Assembly: GCA_963775055.1 (NCBI GenBank)
Contig: CAVZHK010000001.1
Coordinates: 461,402 to 525,401 of the forward strand
DNA length: 64,000 nt
Reading direction: 5' to 3'
DNA from: an uncultured Acidimicrobiaceae bacterium
GTDB lineage: Bacteria; Actinomycetota; Acidimicrobiia; Acidimicrobiales; CAIXPF01
Made by a program: the position numbers and the translations under genes. The first letter of the stretch is position 1, and each line of letters starts with the position of its first letter. The notes below the pieces were generated by a model, which saw nothing but the letters and a program-made list of their open reading frames with translations, did not search any database and was not told where the DNA came from. Positions 1 through 9,334 of this stretch are shown here, in pieces.

Positions 1-335
1 GCGGCGATCACCGGCACATCGCAATGCAAGATGGCATCCGCCGCAGGGGTCAGTCGGGGCGTGACCACCAACGGCTTGTCCCGGGTCCCGCTGCCCATGA
101 TCTCGCGCACATCGTCACCGGAGCAGAACGATGGATCGGCGCCGGTGAGGACCACACAGCGCGCGCCGGTGACGCGGAACGCGGCCTCCAACTCGTTGTA
201 GGTGTTGTAGGTGAGGGCGTTGTGCCGATGGGGTCGGTTGATGGTGATGATCTCGACCTCACCGCGCCGTTCGATCAGTAGCTCGGTGGGCGTAGCAGCG
301 GAAGGCGAGGCGGTCGAGCTCATGGTCGGCACCAT
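1..335 (-). CDS. enoyl-CoA hydratase/isomerase (crotonase) family protein; 5' part only, gene runs off the window start
   Basis: My own minus-strand translation from the ATG at 335 (alternative 323) reads MVPTMSSTASPSAATPTELLIERRGEVEIITINRPHRHNALTYNTYNELEAAFRVTGARCVVLTGADPSFCSGDDV. This is a typical crotonase N-terminus. The ORF is absent from the ORF track because it has no stop inside the window. Confidence 0.7.
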   Translation of the reverse strand, partial: MVPTMSSTASPSAATPTELLIERRGEVEIITINRPHRHNALTYNTYNELEAAFRVTGARCVVLTGADPSFCSGDDVREIMGSGTRDKPLVVTPRLTPAADAILHCDVPVIA

Positions 336-589
336 ACCCGTTGTCGGATCGTGCCAGAGCCTTCATTGGCAGCGGCTGGCCCGCAGCGCGCGCATGGACC
401 CCGCAGGACTTGTTACGGAAATTGCCGCTACCGCCGATCATCTGCCCGACGCACTGGCAACCGCCGCCCGCGCCGCCGTGCTCACCCGCCAAGGACGCCG
501 GGATGCAGCGCGCATCTGCGACGCCATCTCGGCCTGGTCGGCAACGGCTCGACGTGCCCCGGCGGTGGGCCCACGTTTACTGATAGGTA

Positions 590-1745
590 CTATCGGCCCT
601 GCGCCGCTTCCAGCACGTGGACCACGCAGACGGTGCCGATGCCCACCATGTGAGCCAGGCCCAGGCGGGCATCGGGTTGTTGGCGGTCCCCGGCCTCGCC
701 GCGCGAGCTGGCGGGTGACCTCCACCACCTGGCCGCAACCGGTGGGACCCAGCGGGTGACCCATGGCCAACAGCCCGCCGGAGGGGCTGACGGCGCAGCG
801 TCCGCCGATGTCGAACTCGCCGGCCTCCAACAACGCCGCAGCCTCGCCGGGTCCGCAGTACCCCATTGCCTCGAGGTAGAGCAGTTCTTCAATAGAGAAT
901 GCGTCGTGGACCTCGATCACGTCAAGGTCGGTGGGCCCGATGCCGGCCTGTTCGAACGCCAGCGCGGTGGTCTCCGCGGTCAGGGTGGCGTCGATGGGGA
1001 CGCCGGGCGGATAGGCCCCCTCGCTGCGGGTCACCGAGGCCGTGATGCGGGGGCAACGAACGGGGTCCAGCCCGTAGCGCTCGATCGCTTCCGTACTGGC
1101 CAGTATGACCGCGGCGGCGCCCTCACCCACTGGGCAACACTGCAGCCGGGTCATGGAACCGGAGATGGGGTCGGTCAGCACCTCGTCCATGGTGCGGACC
1201 TTCTGGCGTTGGGCGTTCGGGTTGCGGGCCCCGTTGGCGTGGTTCTTGACCGCCACCCGGGCCACGGCCTCAGCGCTGGTGCCGAAACGGTGGCGGTAGT
1301 CCTCCGCCAACAAAGCGAAATGGGTGAAAGGGACGACGGTGCCGGCCTCGTAGTTGCCCAGGCCGGCACCGTTGGGGGCCACCCGCCAGCCCTCGGCCTT
1401 GTCCACCCCCATGGCCAGCGCCACGTCGGACCGACCCGAGGCCACCTCCAGCGCCGCCATGGCCACCGCGGTAGAACCCGAGGCCGACGCATTCTCCACT
1501 TGTTGGATGGCCAACCCGGTGGCGCCCAGCCGGGCCAGCATCACCCGACCGGGCGCCATACCGAGCAGTGCGGAACCGACGTAGGCCGCTTCGACGCTGG
1601 GCCAGGCCAGGCCGGCGTCACCCAACGCCTGGCGCACCGCGGTCAGGCCCAACTCCACGTACGGGGTGGCAGATGCTGCCTGGTAGCGGTGCAGCCCCAC
1701 ACCGACCACGTGCACCGCCCGGTCAGCCAGCAGGTTGCGGCTCAT
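590..1745 (-). pseudogene. SCP-x/nonspecific lipid-transfer type thiolase, broken by a 1-nt frame change near 703
   Basis: ORF 438..1745 has a thiolase N-terminus and core (ATGLAIQQVENASASGSTAV, GHPLGPTGCGQVVEVTRQL), but its tail is nonsense. The genuine C-terminus RGEAGDRQQPDARLGLAHMVGIGTVCVVHVLE lies in the frame of ORF 590..892. The junction reads cagctc[g]cgcggcgaggcc. Confidence 0.8.
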
Positions 1746-1755
1746 CAGCAGATCT

Positions 1756-1797
1756 CCATCATCCCGGCACCATCATCCCGGCACCATCATCCCGACT
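1756..1797. repeat. 14-bp tandem repeat x3 (ccatcatcccggca, third copy ccatcatcccgact) between the DUF35 stop and the thiolase start
   Basis: Read directly from the sequence at 1756-1769, 1770-1783 and 1784-1797. Confidence 0.9.
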
Positions 1798-1798
1798 G

Positions 1799-2158
1799 TC
1801 ATGCTGGAACCGCGAGCGTTAACATACCATCAAGTACGTCGCCGACGATGCGGCCGCCGATGGTGGGCGCTGGCGACTCGGCGTCGAGCACACCCTTCAG
1901 TACGGGGCCGGCATCGAGCGCCATCTCCACCACCGTGAAAGGGGTCTTCGGCTCCGGGCGATGGTGACGATGCACCGTGGCGACACCTCGTACCACGCCC
2001 ACCAACTCGACCTCGATGGCGGCCAAGGTGGCAGGCAACGCACCACAGACGTCACAACCGTAAGGCTCCGGGGGCACCGCGACCCGGCCGCACCCACAGC
2101 GCGTACCCGCCACGGTTCGTCCCGAGCCCACTTCCCCGCCGCCCTCAACGCCGGCCAT
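1799..2158 (-). CDS. DUF35-type OB-fold/zinc-ribbon protein (thiolase-associated)
   Basis: The 119-aa ORF has a CxC...CxxC zinc-ribbon (RCGCGRVAVPPEPYGCDVCG). It is followed by an OB-like segment. It lies immediately upstream of the SCP-x thiolase, which is the usual pairing. Confidence 0.7.
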   Translation of the reverse strand: MAGVEGGGEVGSGRTVAGTRCGCGRVAVPPEPYGCDVCGALPATLAAIEVELVGVVRGVATVHRHHRPEPKTPFTVVEMALDAGPVLKGVLDAESPAPTIGGRIVGDVLDGMLTLAVPA

Positions 2159-3588
2159 CAGAAGCTGAGACCCACGAGCTTGGTGTCGAGATACTCCTTG
2201 ATGCCGTCCTGGCCACCCTCACGCCCCAGGCCCGACGCCTTGACCCCGCCGAAGGGTGCCGCGGCCCCGGTGGGGTTGATGTCGTTGACCCCGACGATGC
2301 CGAAGTTCAGCCGTTCGATGCTGCGATAGGCCCGGCCCAGATCGTTGGTGTACACGTAGCTGGCCAGGCCGTACTCGGTGTCATTGGCCATGGTCAGCAC
2401 CTCCTCCTCGGTGTCGAACACGATGACGGGGGCCACCGGACCGAACGTTTCCTCCCGGTAGATGACCATTTGATCGGTGACCCCGCTCAACACGGTGGGA
2501 GCGAAGAAGTACCCGTCGGCCAACGGACCCTCGGTGAGACGCTGCCCGCCGGTGACCACGGTGGCGCCCCTTTGCACCGCGTCACGCACCTGCCGATCGA
2601 CCTTTTCCAACGACGGGCGGTCCACCAACGGGCCGATCTGCACGCCCTCGGTGAACCCCGACCCGGCCTGCATCTTGGAGATCCGCCCGGCCAGGGAATC
2701 GATGAAGGCGTCCGCGATGGTGCGCTGTACGTACAGCCGGTTGGGGCAGATGCAGGCCTGGCCGGTGTTGAGGACCTTGACCATGGCGGCCCCGGTAGCG
2801 GCCCGCTTGGGATCGGCGTCGTCGTACACGATGAACGGCGCGTGCCCGCCCAGCTCCATGGACACCCGTTTCATGGTCGGCGCGGCCTGGGCCATGAGCA
2901 GCTTGCCGACCTCGGTGGAACCGGTGAAGGTCAGCTTGCGCACCTCGGGCGCGGCCATCAACTCCGCCCCCACCGGCAGCGGATCCGAGGTCGGCACCAG
3001 GTTCACCACCCCCGGCGGCAGCCCGATCTCGTCGAGGATCTTGAACACCTCAATAGCGCACAGCGGGGTCTGCTCGGCCGGTTTCAGCACGATGGTGCAA
3101 CCGGCGGCCAGGGCCGGGCCGATCTTGCGGGTCAGCATCGACACCGGATAGTTCCACGGGGTGATGGCGGCGCAGACCCCGATCGGTTGGTGCAGCACCA
3201 TGAACCGTTGATCGGCCCGGCTGGAGGGGATGGTCTGACCGTAGACCCGCTTTGCTTCCTCCGAGAACCACAGCAGGAAATCGGCGGCGTAACCGACCTC
3301 GATGCGAGCAGCCCGTAGCGGCTTGCCCTGCTCGCTGGTCATCAGCTTGGCCAGATCCTCCCGGCGTTCGAGCATCAGCTGATGGGCCGCGACCAGTTTC
3401 TCGGACCGTTGGTATGCGGTCAGCGCGGCCCAGCCCGGGAACGCCGCGGCGGCCGCTTCGATTGCGGCGCGGGTGTCGACCGCGTCACCGTCGGCCACGT
3501 GATCCAACACCTTGCCGGTGGCCGGATCGGTGACCGCGAAGGTCTTCCCGCTGACCGCGTCCCGCCATTGCCCATCGATGTACAGCAC
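2158..3588 (-). CDS. gabD: NAD(P)-dependent succinate-semialdehyde dehydrogenase / aldehyde dehydrogenase family
   Basis: The 476-aa ORF is collinear with GabD as I remember it. Matching motifs are ITPWNYP, KPAEQTP, FTGSTEVG, ELGGHAPFIV, EETFGP and GGVKASGLGREG. Confidence 0.85.
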   Translation of the reverse strand: MLYIDGQWRDAVSGKTFAVTDPATGKVLDHVADGDAVDTRAAIEAAAAAFPGWAALTAYQRSEKLVAAHQLMLERREDLAKLMTSEQGKPLRAARIEVGYAADFLLWFSEEAKRVYGQTIPSSRADQRFMVLHQPIGVCAAITPWNYPVSMLTRKIGPALAAGCTIVLKPAEQTPLCAIEVFKILDEIGLPPGVVNLVPTSDPLPVGAELMAAPEVRKLTFTGSTEVGKLLMAQAAPTMKRVSMELGGHAPFIVYDDADPKRAATGAAMVKVLNTGQACICPNRLYVQRTIADAFIDSLAGRISKMQAGSGFTEGVQIGPLVDRPSLEKVDRQVRDAVQRGATVVTGGQRLTEGPLADGYFFAPTVLSGVTDQMVIYREETFGPVAPVIVFDTEEEVLTMANDTEYGLASYVYTNDLGRAYRSIERLNFGIVGVNDINPTGAAAPFGGVKASGLGREGGQDGIKEYLDTKLVGLSF

Positions 3589-3603
3589 CGCCGCAGCGTA
3601 GTG

Positions 3604-4179
3604 TCAGCCGGCCGTCATCGACCGCAGTTTGAGCACGGTGTTCCAGTTCCGCACCGTGATCGGCGTGGCGCAGACCCGGTCCAGGTTGGGTAGCTTGGCC
3701 CGCCCGAACCCGTTGGGGCAGAACAGGTAGAGCTCCCGTCCCCGCACCACCAACTGATCGACGGACCCGTCGGGCATGGCAATGTCCGCCGGCAGCTCAA
3801 CACTGGCGAACCCCACGCCGATCTTGGCCGGTTGATCCAGACGACCAGCGAAGGGGTTGTGGTCCACGATGGACGCCAGCTCGTCCTGTCGCCGGACCAT
3901 GACAGGGACGGTCAGGCCGAAGTGCTCGGTGATCAGGGCTCCGATGTGGCCCGCCAACGTGGTTTCGCGCCGAGTCGCTGCGTCGAATACCACGTTGCCA
4001 CTCTGGATGTAGGTGAGGACGTTGGTGTAGCCGGCGTCGCCCAGCCGTGCACGCAGCTGGCCCATGGGCAGCAGCGCTTTCCCGCCGACATTCACGCCCC
4101 GCAACAACACGGCGTAGCGAACGGTGGGGTCGGTCTGATCCTCGATGCCACGATGGTACCGGCCGTTGACCGACGCCAT
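3604..4179 (-). CDS. DUF1697 domain protein
   Basis: The 191-aa ORF carries the N-terminal signature YAVLLRGVNVGGKALLPMGQLRARLGDAGYTNVLTYIQSGNVVF. Confidence 0.7.
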   Translation of the reverse strand: MASVNGRYHRGIEDQTDPTVRYAVLLRGVNVGGKALLPMGQLRARLGDAGYTNVLTYIQSGNVVFDAATRRETTLAGHIGALITEHFGLTVPVMVRRQDELASIVDHNPFAGRLDQPAKIGVGFASVELPADIAMPDGSVDQLVVRGRELYLFCPNGFGRAKLPNLDRVCATPITVRNWNTVLKLRSMTAG

Positions 4180-4290
4180 CGCCTCCGCGCTACCGGATCA
4201 GTTGCACGATCGGCCAGCCCGGCCCGGCGCAAGATAGGAAGGCTAGAAGCCTACGAGCCCTAGCGTTTCTGCCAGCGGAGCGGTAGGCTG

Positions 4291-4884
4291 GTGGTCATGA
4301 GTGAGGCGTCGATCGTCGAGCTGTCGGTCCAGGAGGTCGAACGGCTGCGCAAGCGGTACCCGGACCTGCGCCACCGCGGCCGGGTGGTGGCCGTCGGTGT
4401 GGATGACGATCCCACCGCTGACGTCTTGGCCGCGCTGGGGTCGGGACCACTGAGCGCGGTCCGCAAGCCGGCGTCGTGGGAACAGGCCCGTCGCAACCTG
4501 GCCATGCGCCAGCGGATCGTCGAGGAGTTCGGTGCGCTCAGCGCCGCGGAGCTCGGCGAATGGGCCACACCGGACGCCGCCAACGCCCACCAGTACGCCA
4601 GCCGGTTGCGAAAGGCGAACAGGGTGTTCTCCGTGCCTTTCGAAGGACGGGCCCTGTTCCCGGGATTCCAGTTTGATGAGAACGGCCGCCCGCTGAGCGC
4701 TATGGCGGACACGTTGGCCCTGCTGCGGACTCGATTCGGTGACGCCGACTGGGCCGTCGCCAGCTGGTTCACCTCCCCCAACCCCCACCTGCCCGGCAAG
4801 CAGCGGCCGGTGGATCTTCTGGCCACGGACCCCGTCTCGGTCATCGTTGCCGCCCGGCGGGGTGTCACACGCGTCGCCAGCTGA
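4291..4884 (+). CDS. Xre/MbcA/ParS-type antitoxin (DUF2384-like C-terminal domain) of a RES-Xre pair
   Basis: The 197-aa ORF starts at GTG 4291 (or ATG 4297). Its C-terminal WFTSPNPHLPGKQRPVDLLATDPVSVIVAARRG is the typical antitoxin domain. It lies 13 nt upstream of a RES-domain gene. Confidence 0.7.
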   Translation: MVMSEASIVELSVQEVERLRKRYPDLRHRGRVVAVGVDDDPTADVLAALGSGPLSAVRKPASWEQARRNLAMRQRIVEEFGALSAAELGEWATPDAANAHQYASRLRKANRVFSVPFEGRALFPGFQFDENGRPLSAMADTLALLRTRFGDADWAVASWFTSPNPHLPGKQRPVDLLATDPVSVIVAARRGVTRVAS

Positions 4885-4897
4885 ACCGTCCGCCTCG

Positions 4898-5563
4898 ATG
4901 CCGGTAGCCGTACCACCGCGGAAAGCGGCTCTGACCGTGCAGATTTGGGATGCCGGTCGGCGCCTGCTGCGGGTGGCGGACGATCAGTTTGGTGCCACCG
5001 AGTTCAATCCGTGCCAAGGAGAGCCGAGCCGGTTCGCACCCTTGATGGTGGACGGGCGGTGCGTGCCCACGTTGTACGCCGCCGAGACCCTCGACGCGGT
5101 GCTGATGGAGTCGGTGTTCCACGACATTGTGCTCGAACGGGCGGACGGGGCGCCGCCAGAGGTGTACCTGGCCGATCTGGCCACCGTCAGGCGGTCTACC
5201 ATCGCACCCCGCCGGGCGCTGCGTCTCGGGCGGCTGGACGATGACGCCTTGGACCAGTGGGGCGTACTCCGCGCCGAGCTGATCGACACGGACGCCGACA
5301 CCTACCAGCAGACGGTGCGTTGGGCGGCCTACGCCCACCGCCTCGGCGCCGCTGACCGGCAGCCACTCGACGGGCTGATCTGGCATTCCCGGCGCGCCTC
5401 CCTGGGACTCCGTGCCCGTGAGCGCGCCATCGTGCTGTTCGGTGACCGGGTGGCCCGCAAGGACCTACGCAGCAGCGGTATCCCCGTGCCGCTTCTCACC
5501 GCCACCGGCCTCAGCGAACTCGACGCCGTCGCTGACCGCCTCGGAGTCACCCTCGTGCGCTGA
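4898..5563 (+). CDS. RES domain toxin (MbcT/ParT family, NAD-targeting)
   Basis: The internal ATG at 4898 of ORF 4739..5563 is the likely start, because the upstream part overlaps the antitoxin. The layout is RES-like (SRFAP ... LYAAETLDAVLMESVFH). Confidence 0.7.
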   Translation: MPVAVPPRKAALTVQIWDAGRRLLRVADDQFGATEFNPCQGEPSRFAPLMVDGRCVPTLYAAETLDAVLMESVFHDIVLERADGAPPEVYLADLATVRRSTIAPRRALRLGRLDDDALDQWGVLRAELIDTDADTYQQTVRWAAYAHRLGAADRQPLDGLIWHSRRASLGLRARERAIVLFGDRVARKDLRSSGIPVPLLTATGLSELDAVADRLGVTLVR

Positions 5564-5641
5564 GGTCCACCACCACGGGAATCCGTTGGTGACAACGGGG
5601 ACGTTGCCGCGCTGCAGCGTCGCCCACCTACCCTGGTCGTC

Positions 5642-6430
5642 ATGGCCGAGACCACGCCACCGCTGCTGTCGCCCACCGCGGGCCTGACACCGCCGGTGGT
5701 GGTGATCACCGGGGCCAGTCGGGGCATCGGCGCCGCCACCGCCCGACGACTGGCGCCGACCCACGCTCTGTGCCTGGCCTATCGCAGCGACGAGATCGCC
5801 GCCCAGCGGGTGCTCGATGAGTGCCGGGTCCTCGGCGCCCGGGCCATCACCGTGCAGGCCGACGTGTCACGGGAGGTGGATGTCATCAGCCTCTTCGAAC
5901 GGGCGGAGTCCGATCTCGGCCCCATCGGAGGGCTGGTCAACAACGCCGGGGTGGTGGATCACGCCCAAGCGGTGGTCGACATGACCTGGCAGCGTTGGGA
6001 GCGGATGTTCATCATCAACGTGCTGGGCGCCATGGCCTGTGCCCGTGAGGCGGTGCGGCGCATGGCCACCAGCCGGGGCGGCACCGGCGGGTCCATCGTG
6101 AACCTGTCCTCGGCCGCGGCCCGGCTGGGTTCACCCAATCAGTACGTCGATTACGCCGCCTCCAAGGCCGCCATCGACACCTTCACGTTGGGTCTGGCCA
6201 TGGAGGTCGCCAACGACGGCATCCGGGTCAACGCTGTGCGCCCGGGCATCATCGACACCGAGATCCACGCCAGCGGCGGCCAACCTGATCGGGCCCAGCG
6301 GCTGGGCGCCACCGTACCCATGCAACGGGCCGGCACCGCCGAGGAAGTGGCCGACGCCATCGCGTTCCTGCTGTCTGACGCCGCCTCCTACACCACCGGG
6401 GCCATCCTGGATGTCGCCGGCGGCCGCTAA
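5642..6430 (+). CDS. SDR family oxidoreductase
   Basis: The 262-aa ORF has TGASRGIG, NNAG, the YVDYAASK catalytic Y-x3-K, and PGIIDT. Confidence 0.85.
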   Translation: MAETTPPLLSPTAGLTPPVVVITGASRGIGAATARRLAPTHALCLAYRSDEIAAQRVLDECRVLGARAITVQADVSREVDVISLFERAESDLGPIGGLVNNAGVVDHAQAVVDMTWQRWERMFIINVLGAMACAREAVRRMATSRGGTGGSIVNLSSAAARLGSPNQYVDYAASKAAIDTFTLGLAMEVANDGIRVNAVRPGIIDTEIHASGGQPDRAQRLGATVPMQRAGTAEEVADAIAFLLSDAASYTTGAILDVAGGR

Positions 6431-6448
6431 CCACACCGATCGGTATGG

Positions 6449-7285
6449 TTAGGCCCGCACCAGCGAACCGTCGCCCATCATCGCTTCCACCTGGGCCTGT
6501 ACCAAGCCGCCCATGGCCGGGTGGGTGAGGATCCAGAACCGGCCGGTCTGCACCGCGTCGAGCACCAGGCGGCCAACGTCGTCGGGGTCCATGCCCTGGG
6601 ACAAGGTCTCACTCAGCATGCTCCAGAACCGCTGACCCTGCTTGGTGTCGATGTGCTGCGCCGCGGACTCGGCGTCGCGGTTGCGTTCGCTGCTCACGAT
6701 GTTGGTGTTGATCGGCCCGGGGCACAACACCGACGCCTTCAACGGTGACTTCTGCACCCGCAGGTCCCGTTCCAAGGACGCCATCAACGCCACCACCCCA
6801 TGCTTGGCCACGTTGTACGCCCCCAACGAGGCGGTGGCCAACAGCCCAGCCATGGACGCGGTGGAGTTGATGTGGCCTTCCCCCTGCTTCTCCATCAACG
6901 GCAGGAACGTCTTCACCCCGTAGATCGGACCCCACAGGTCGATGTTGAGGGTCCATTCCCAGTCCGCCAGCGAGGTCTGCCCGATCGGCGCGGCGGTGCC
7001 CACCCCGGCGTTGTTGCACAGCACGTGGACCGCGCCGTAGGTGTCCATGGTGGCCTGCGCCAGGGACTCGATGTCCGCCAGCTTCGACACGTCGGTGCGG
7101 ACCCCGACCGCCGCGTGGCCGGCCGCGGTGAGCTCGTTCACCACCGCATCGAGCGGGCCCTGTTCGATGTCGGCCAACACCAGCTTGGCGCCGGCATCCG
7201 CGAAGGCCCGGGCGATGCCCCGGCCGATCCCGCTGCCACCACCGGTGACCACTACCACCTTGTCCCGAACGTCGTAGTTGCTCAC
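6449..7285 (-). CDS. SDR family oxidoreductase
   Basis: The 278-aa ORF has TGGGSGIGRG, NNAGV, YNVAKHG and PGPINT. Confidence 0.85.
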   Translation of the reverse strand: MSNYDVRDKVVVVTGGGSGIGRGIARAFADAGAKLVLADIEQGPLDAVVNELTAAGHAAVGVRTDVSKLADIESLAQATMDTYGAVHVLCNNAGVGTAAPIGQTSLADWEWTLNIDLWGPIYGVKTFLPLMEKQGEGHINSTASMAGLLATASLGAYNVAKHGVVALMASLERDLRVQKSPLKASVLCPGPINTNIVSSERNRDAESAAQHIDTKQGQRFWSMLSETLSQGMDPDDVGRLVLDAVQTGRFWILTHPAMGGLVQAQVEAMMGDGSLVRA

Positions 7286-7310
7286 GGCAATCCTCTCGTT
7301 GTGCTGGTTC

Positions 7311-8174
7311 TCACAGCGGATGGGCAGCCTCGGCGGCGATCACCGTGTTGCGCAAAAGCATGGCCACCGTGGTCGGGCCCACGCCACCGAGCCGGGGCGT
7401 CATCCACGATGCGACCTCCGCCACCGAATCGTCGACATCGGCCAGCAACCGTCGGCCTTCCCAGCTGATGCCGCCGCTGATCACCACCGCGCCGGGGCGA
7501 ACCATGTCCGCCGTGACATAGTTGGCCACCCCCAACGCGGCGATCACGATGTCACCTTGACGGATGTAGGACGCCGGATCCGCCACCGCGGAGTGCACCA
7601 CGGTCACCGCGGCGTCGGCACCGGCGGCCTTGGCTGACATCATCAGCGCCATGGGCCGCCCGAGCGTGGGCCCCCGCCCGATGACCACCACGTGGCGGCC
7701 GCGGGTCTCGATGCCGTAGTGGACGAGGATGGCCTGGATGCCGGCGGGGGCGCAGGGCGTGGGTGCGGTCACACCCAACACCAGCTTGCCCAGGTTCTCG
7801 GGATGCAGCCCGTCGGCGTCCTTGGCGGGGTCGATGGCCCCGAGGATGGCCTCGGTGTCGAGCTGAGCGGGCAGGGGCAGCTGCACCAGGAACGCGTTGA
7901 CCGCGGGATCCGCGTTGAACGTGGCCACCGCATCAGCCAGCTCGGCCTGTGAGATGTCTCCCGGAAGATGGCGATGGAGCGATGCCACCCCGACCGCGGC
8001 ACAGGCCTGGTGCTTCTTGGCCACGTACCCGGCGGAGGGCGCGTGATCCCCAACCAAGATGGTGCCCAAGCCAGGTTGCACCCCCCGCCCCGTCAGCGTC
8101 GCGGCCCGGGCCTGGACATTCGCCAACACCGCTTCAGCCACCGGTTGGCCGTGCAGGAAAGAAGCGGCGCTCAC
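7311..8174 (-). CDS. folD: bifunctional methylenetetrahydrofolate dehydrogenase/cyclohydrolase
   Basis: The 287-aa ORF has PGLGTILVGDHAPSAGYVAKKHQAC, LPLP, DADGLHPENLG, VVIGRGPTLGRP and GGVGPTTVAMLL. Confidence 0.9.
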   Translation of the reverse strand: MSAASFLHGQPVAEAVLANVQARAATLTGRGVQPGLGTILVGDHAPSAGYVAKKHQACAAVGVASLHRHLPGDISQAELADAVATFNADPAVNAFLVQLPLPAQLDTEAILGAIDPAKDADGLHPENLGKLVLGVTAPTPCAPAGIQAILVHYGIETRGRHVVVIGRGPTLGRPMALMMSAKAAGADAAVTVVHSAVADPASYIRQGDIVIAALGVANYVTADMVRPGAVVISGGISWEGRRLLADVDDSVAEVASWMTPRLGGVGPTTVAMLLRNTVIAAEAAHPL

Positions 8175-8365
8175 CAGGCTTGCTTAGCCGATGAGCCGGA
8201 ATCTCGCCCAACCCCGCGCCGCCCGGCCCCGGCCACCGGGCACGGGCGTTGGTCGGTCCGGCCGGGTTAATCTCCCGTCGGTCGCACTCGCGGCCGATGG
8301 GATCAGCCGGCTCGAATCAGGTGCCCACGCCGACCCACCCCTTACCCCAGGAGGCAACGCGTTCC

Positions 8366-9301
8366 ATGGCCCTTGATCCCATCGCCGCAGGATTTCTCGA
8401 ACAACTCGAAGCTGCCGGCATGCCGCCGTTGAACGAGATGTCCCCCGCCGACGCCCGCGCCGCCTCCGGTGCCTTCGCCGACCTCGCCGGCGCCGGTGAC
8501 GACATCCCCGAGCAGACCGACCGCACCATTCCCGGCCCCGGTGGGGACCTCCCGGTGCGCATATACACCCCCGCCGGTGACGGCCCGTTCCCATGCGTGG
8601 TGTACTTCCACGGCGGCGGCTGGGTGCTTGGCGACCTCGCCGGGGTGAATGGCGTGTGCCGCTCCATCGCCGCCCGGGCCGGTTGCATGGTGGTGTCGGT
8701 GGACTACCGGCTCTCGCCCGAGCACAAGTTCCCCGCCCCCCTCGACGATTGCTTTGCGGCAACCCAGTGGGTGGCAGCCAACGGTGCGGAGATCGGCGTG
8801 GACCCCTCCCGCATCGCGGTGGCCGGGGATAGCGCCGGTGGCAACCTGGCCGCCGCGGTGGCGTTGCGGGCCAAGCAGGAGGGCGGCCCGGCGCTGGCCT
8901 ACCAGGTGCTGGTGTACCCCGTCACCGACCACAGCTACGGCACCGGCTCCTACGCCGCCAACGGTGAGGGCAACCTGCTCACCACCGACATGATGCGTTG
9001 GTTCTGGGATCACTACCTCAACGGTGACGCCGACGGTGCCAACCCCCTGGCCAGCCCGCTGAAGGCCACGGATCTGTCGGGGCTGCCCCCGGCGTTGGTC
9101 ATCACCGCCGAGTTCGATCCGCTGCGCGATGAGGGCGAGGCCTACGCCAAGCGCCTCACCCAGGCTGGCGTGGCCACCACCTCGAAGCGTTACGACGGTC
9201 AGATCCACGCCTTCTGGCAGATGATGGCGGTGTTCCCAGCGTCCAGCGAGGCCGTGGATCAAACCGCCACCGCACTGCGTGGCGCGTTCGGCACCGCCTG
9301 A
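8366..9301 (+). CDS. alpha/beta hydrolase, hormone-sensitive-lipase-type esterase
   Basis: The motifs are the HGGGW oxyanion motif, the GDSAGGNLA nucleophile elbow, and DPLRDEG...H. The ATG at 8366 is preceded by aggagg at 8349-8354, so the longer ORF-track start at 8249 is unlikely. Confidence 0.8.
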   Translation: MALDPIAAGFLEQLEAAGMPPLNEMSPADARAASGAFADLAGAGDDIPEQTDRTIPGPGGDLPVRIYTPAGDGPFPCVVYFHGGGWVLGDLAGVNGVCRSIAARAGCMVVSVDYRLSPEHKFPAPLDDCFAATQWVAANGAEIGVDPSRIAVAGDSAGGNLAAAVALRAKQEGGPALAYQVLVYPVTDHSYGTGSYAANGEGNLLTTDMMRWFWDHYLNGDADGANPLASPLKATDLSGLPPALVITAEFDPLRDEGEAYAKRLTQAGVATTSKRYDGQIHAFWQMMAVFPASSEAVDQTATALRGAFGTA

Positions 9302-9334
9302 CCCTGTCGTCGGACCGCACTACCGTGGTTGGCG

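Noticed and set aside
336-589. A possible small gene or regulator in the 254-bp gap between the thiolase stop and the crotonase start (ORF 211..759 +, ORF 259..492 -).
   Set aside because: Both candidate ORFs overlap the flanking well-supported genes, and neither has start-site context or recognisable motifs.
756-1967. This covers the 403-aa ORF on the plus strand and similar long ORFs elsewhere: 2470..3318 (+), 9935..11122 (-), 10956..11936 (-), 12916..13764 (+), 17934..19571 (+), 23755..24759 (-), 26000..27499 (+), 27474..28967 (-), 29593..30663 (+), 55302..56330 (-) and 61214..62095 (-).
   Set aside because: - They lie antisense to, or out of frame with, genes that have clear family signatures.
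- Their products are Arg/Gly/Pro/His-rich low-complexity strings, typical of shadow ORFs in high-GC DNA.
8184-8762. A 192-aa extremely Arg-rich ORF (RRRRGRRRHRRRRGRRRG).
   Set aside because: It is antisense to the esterase gene and its promoter region. The composition is a GC artefact and there is no start-site context.
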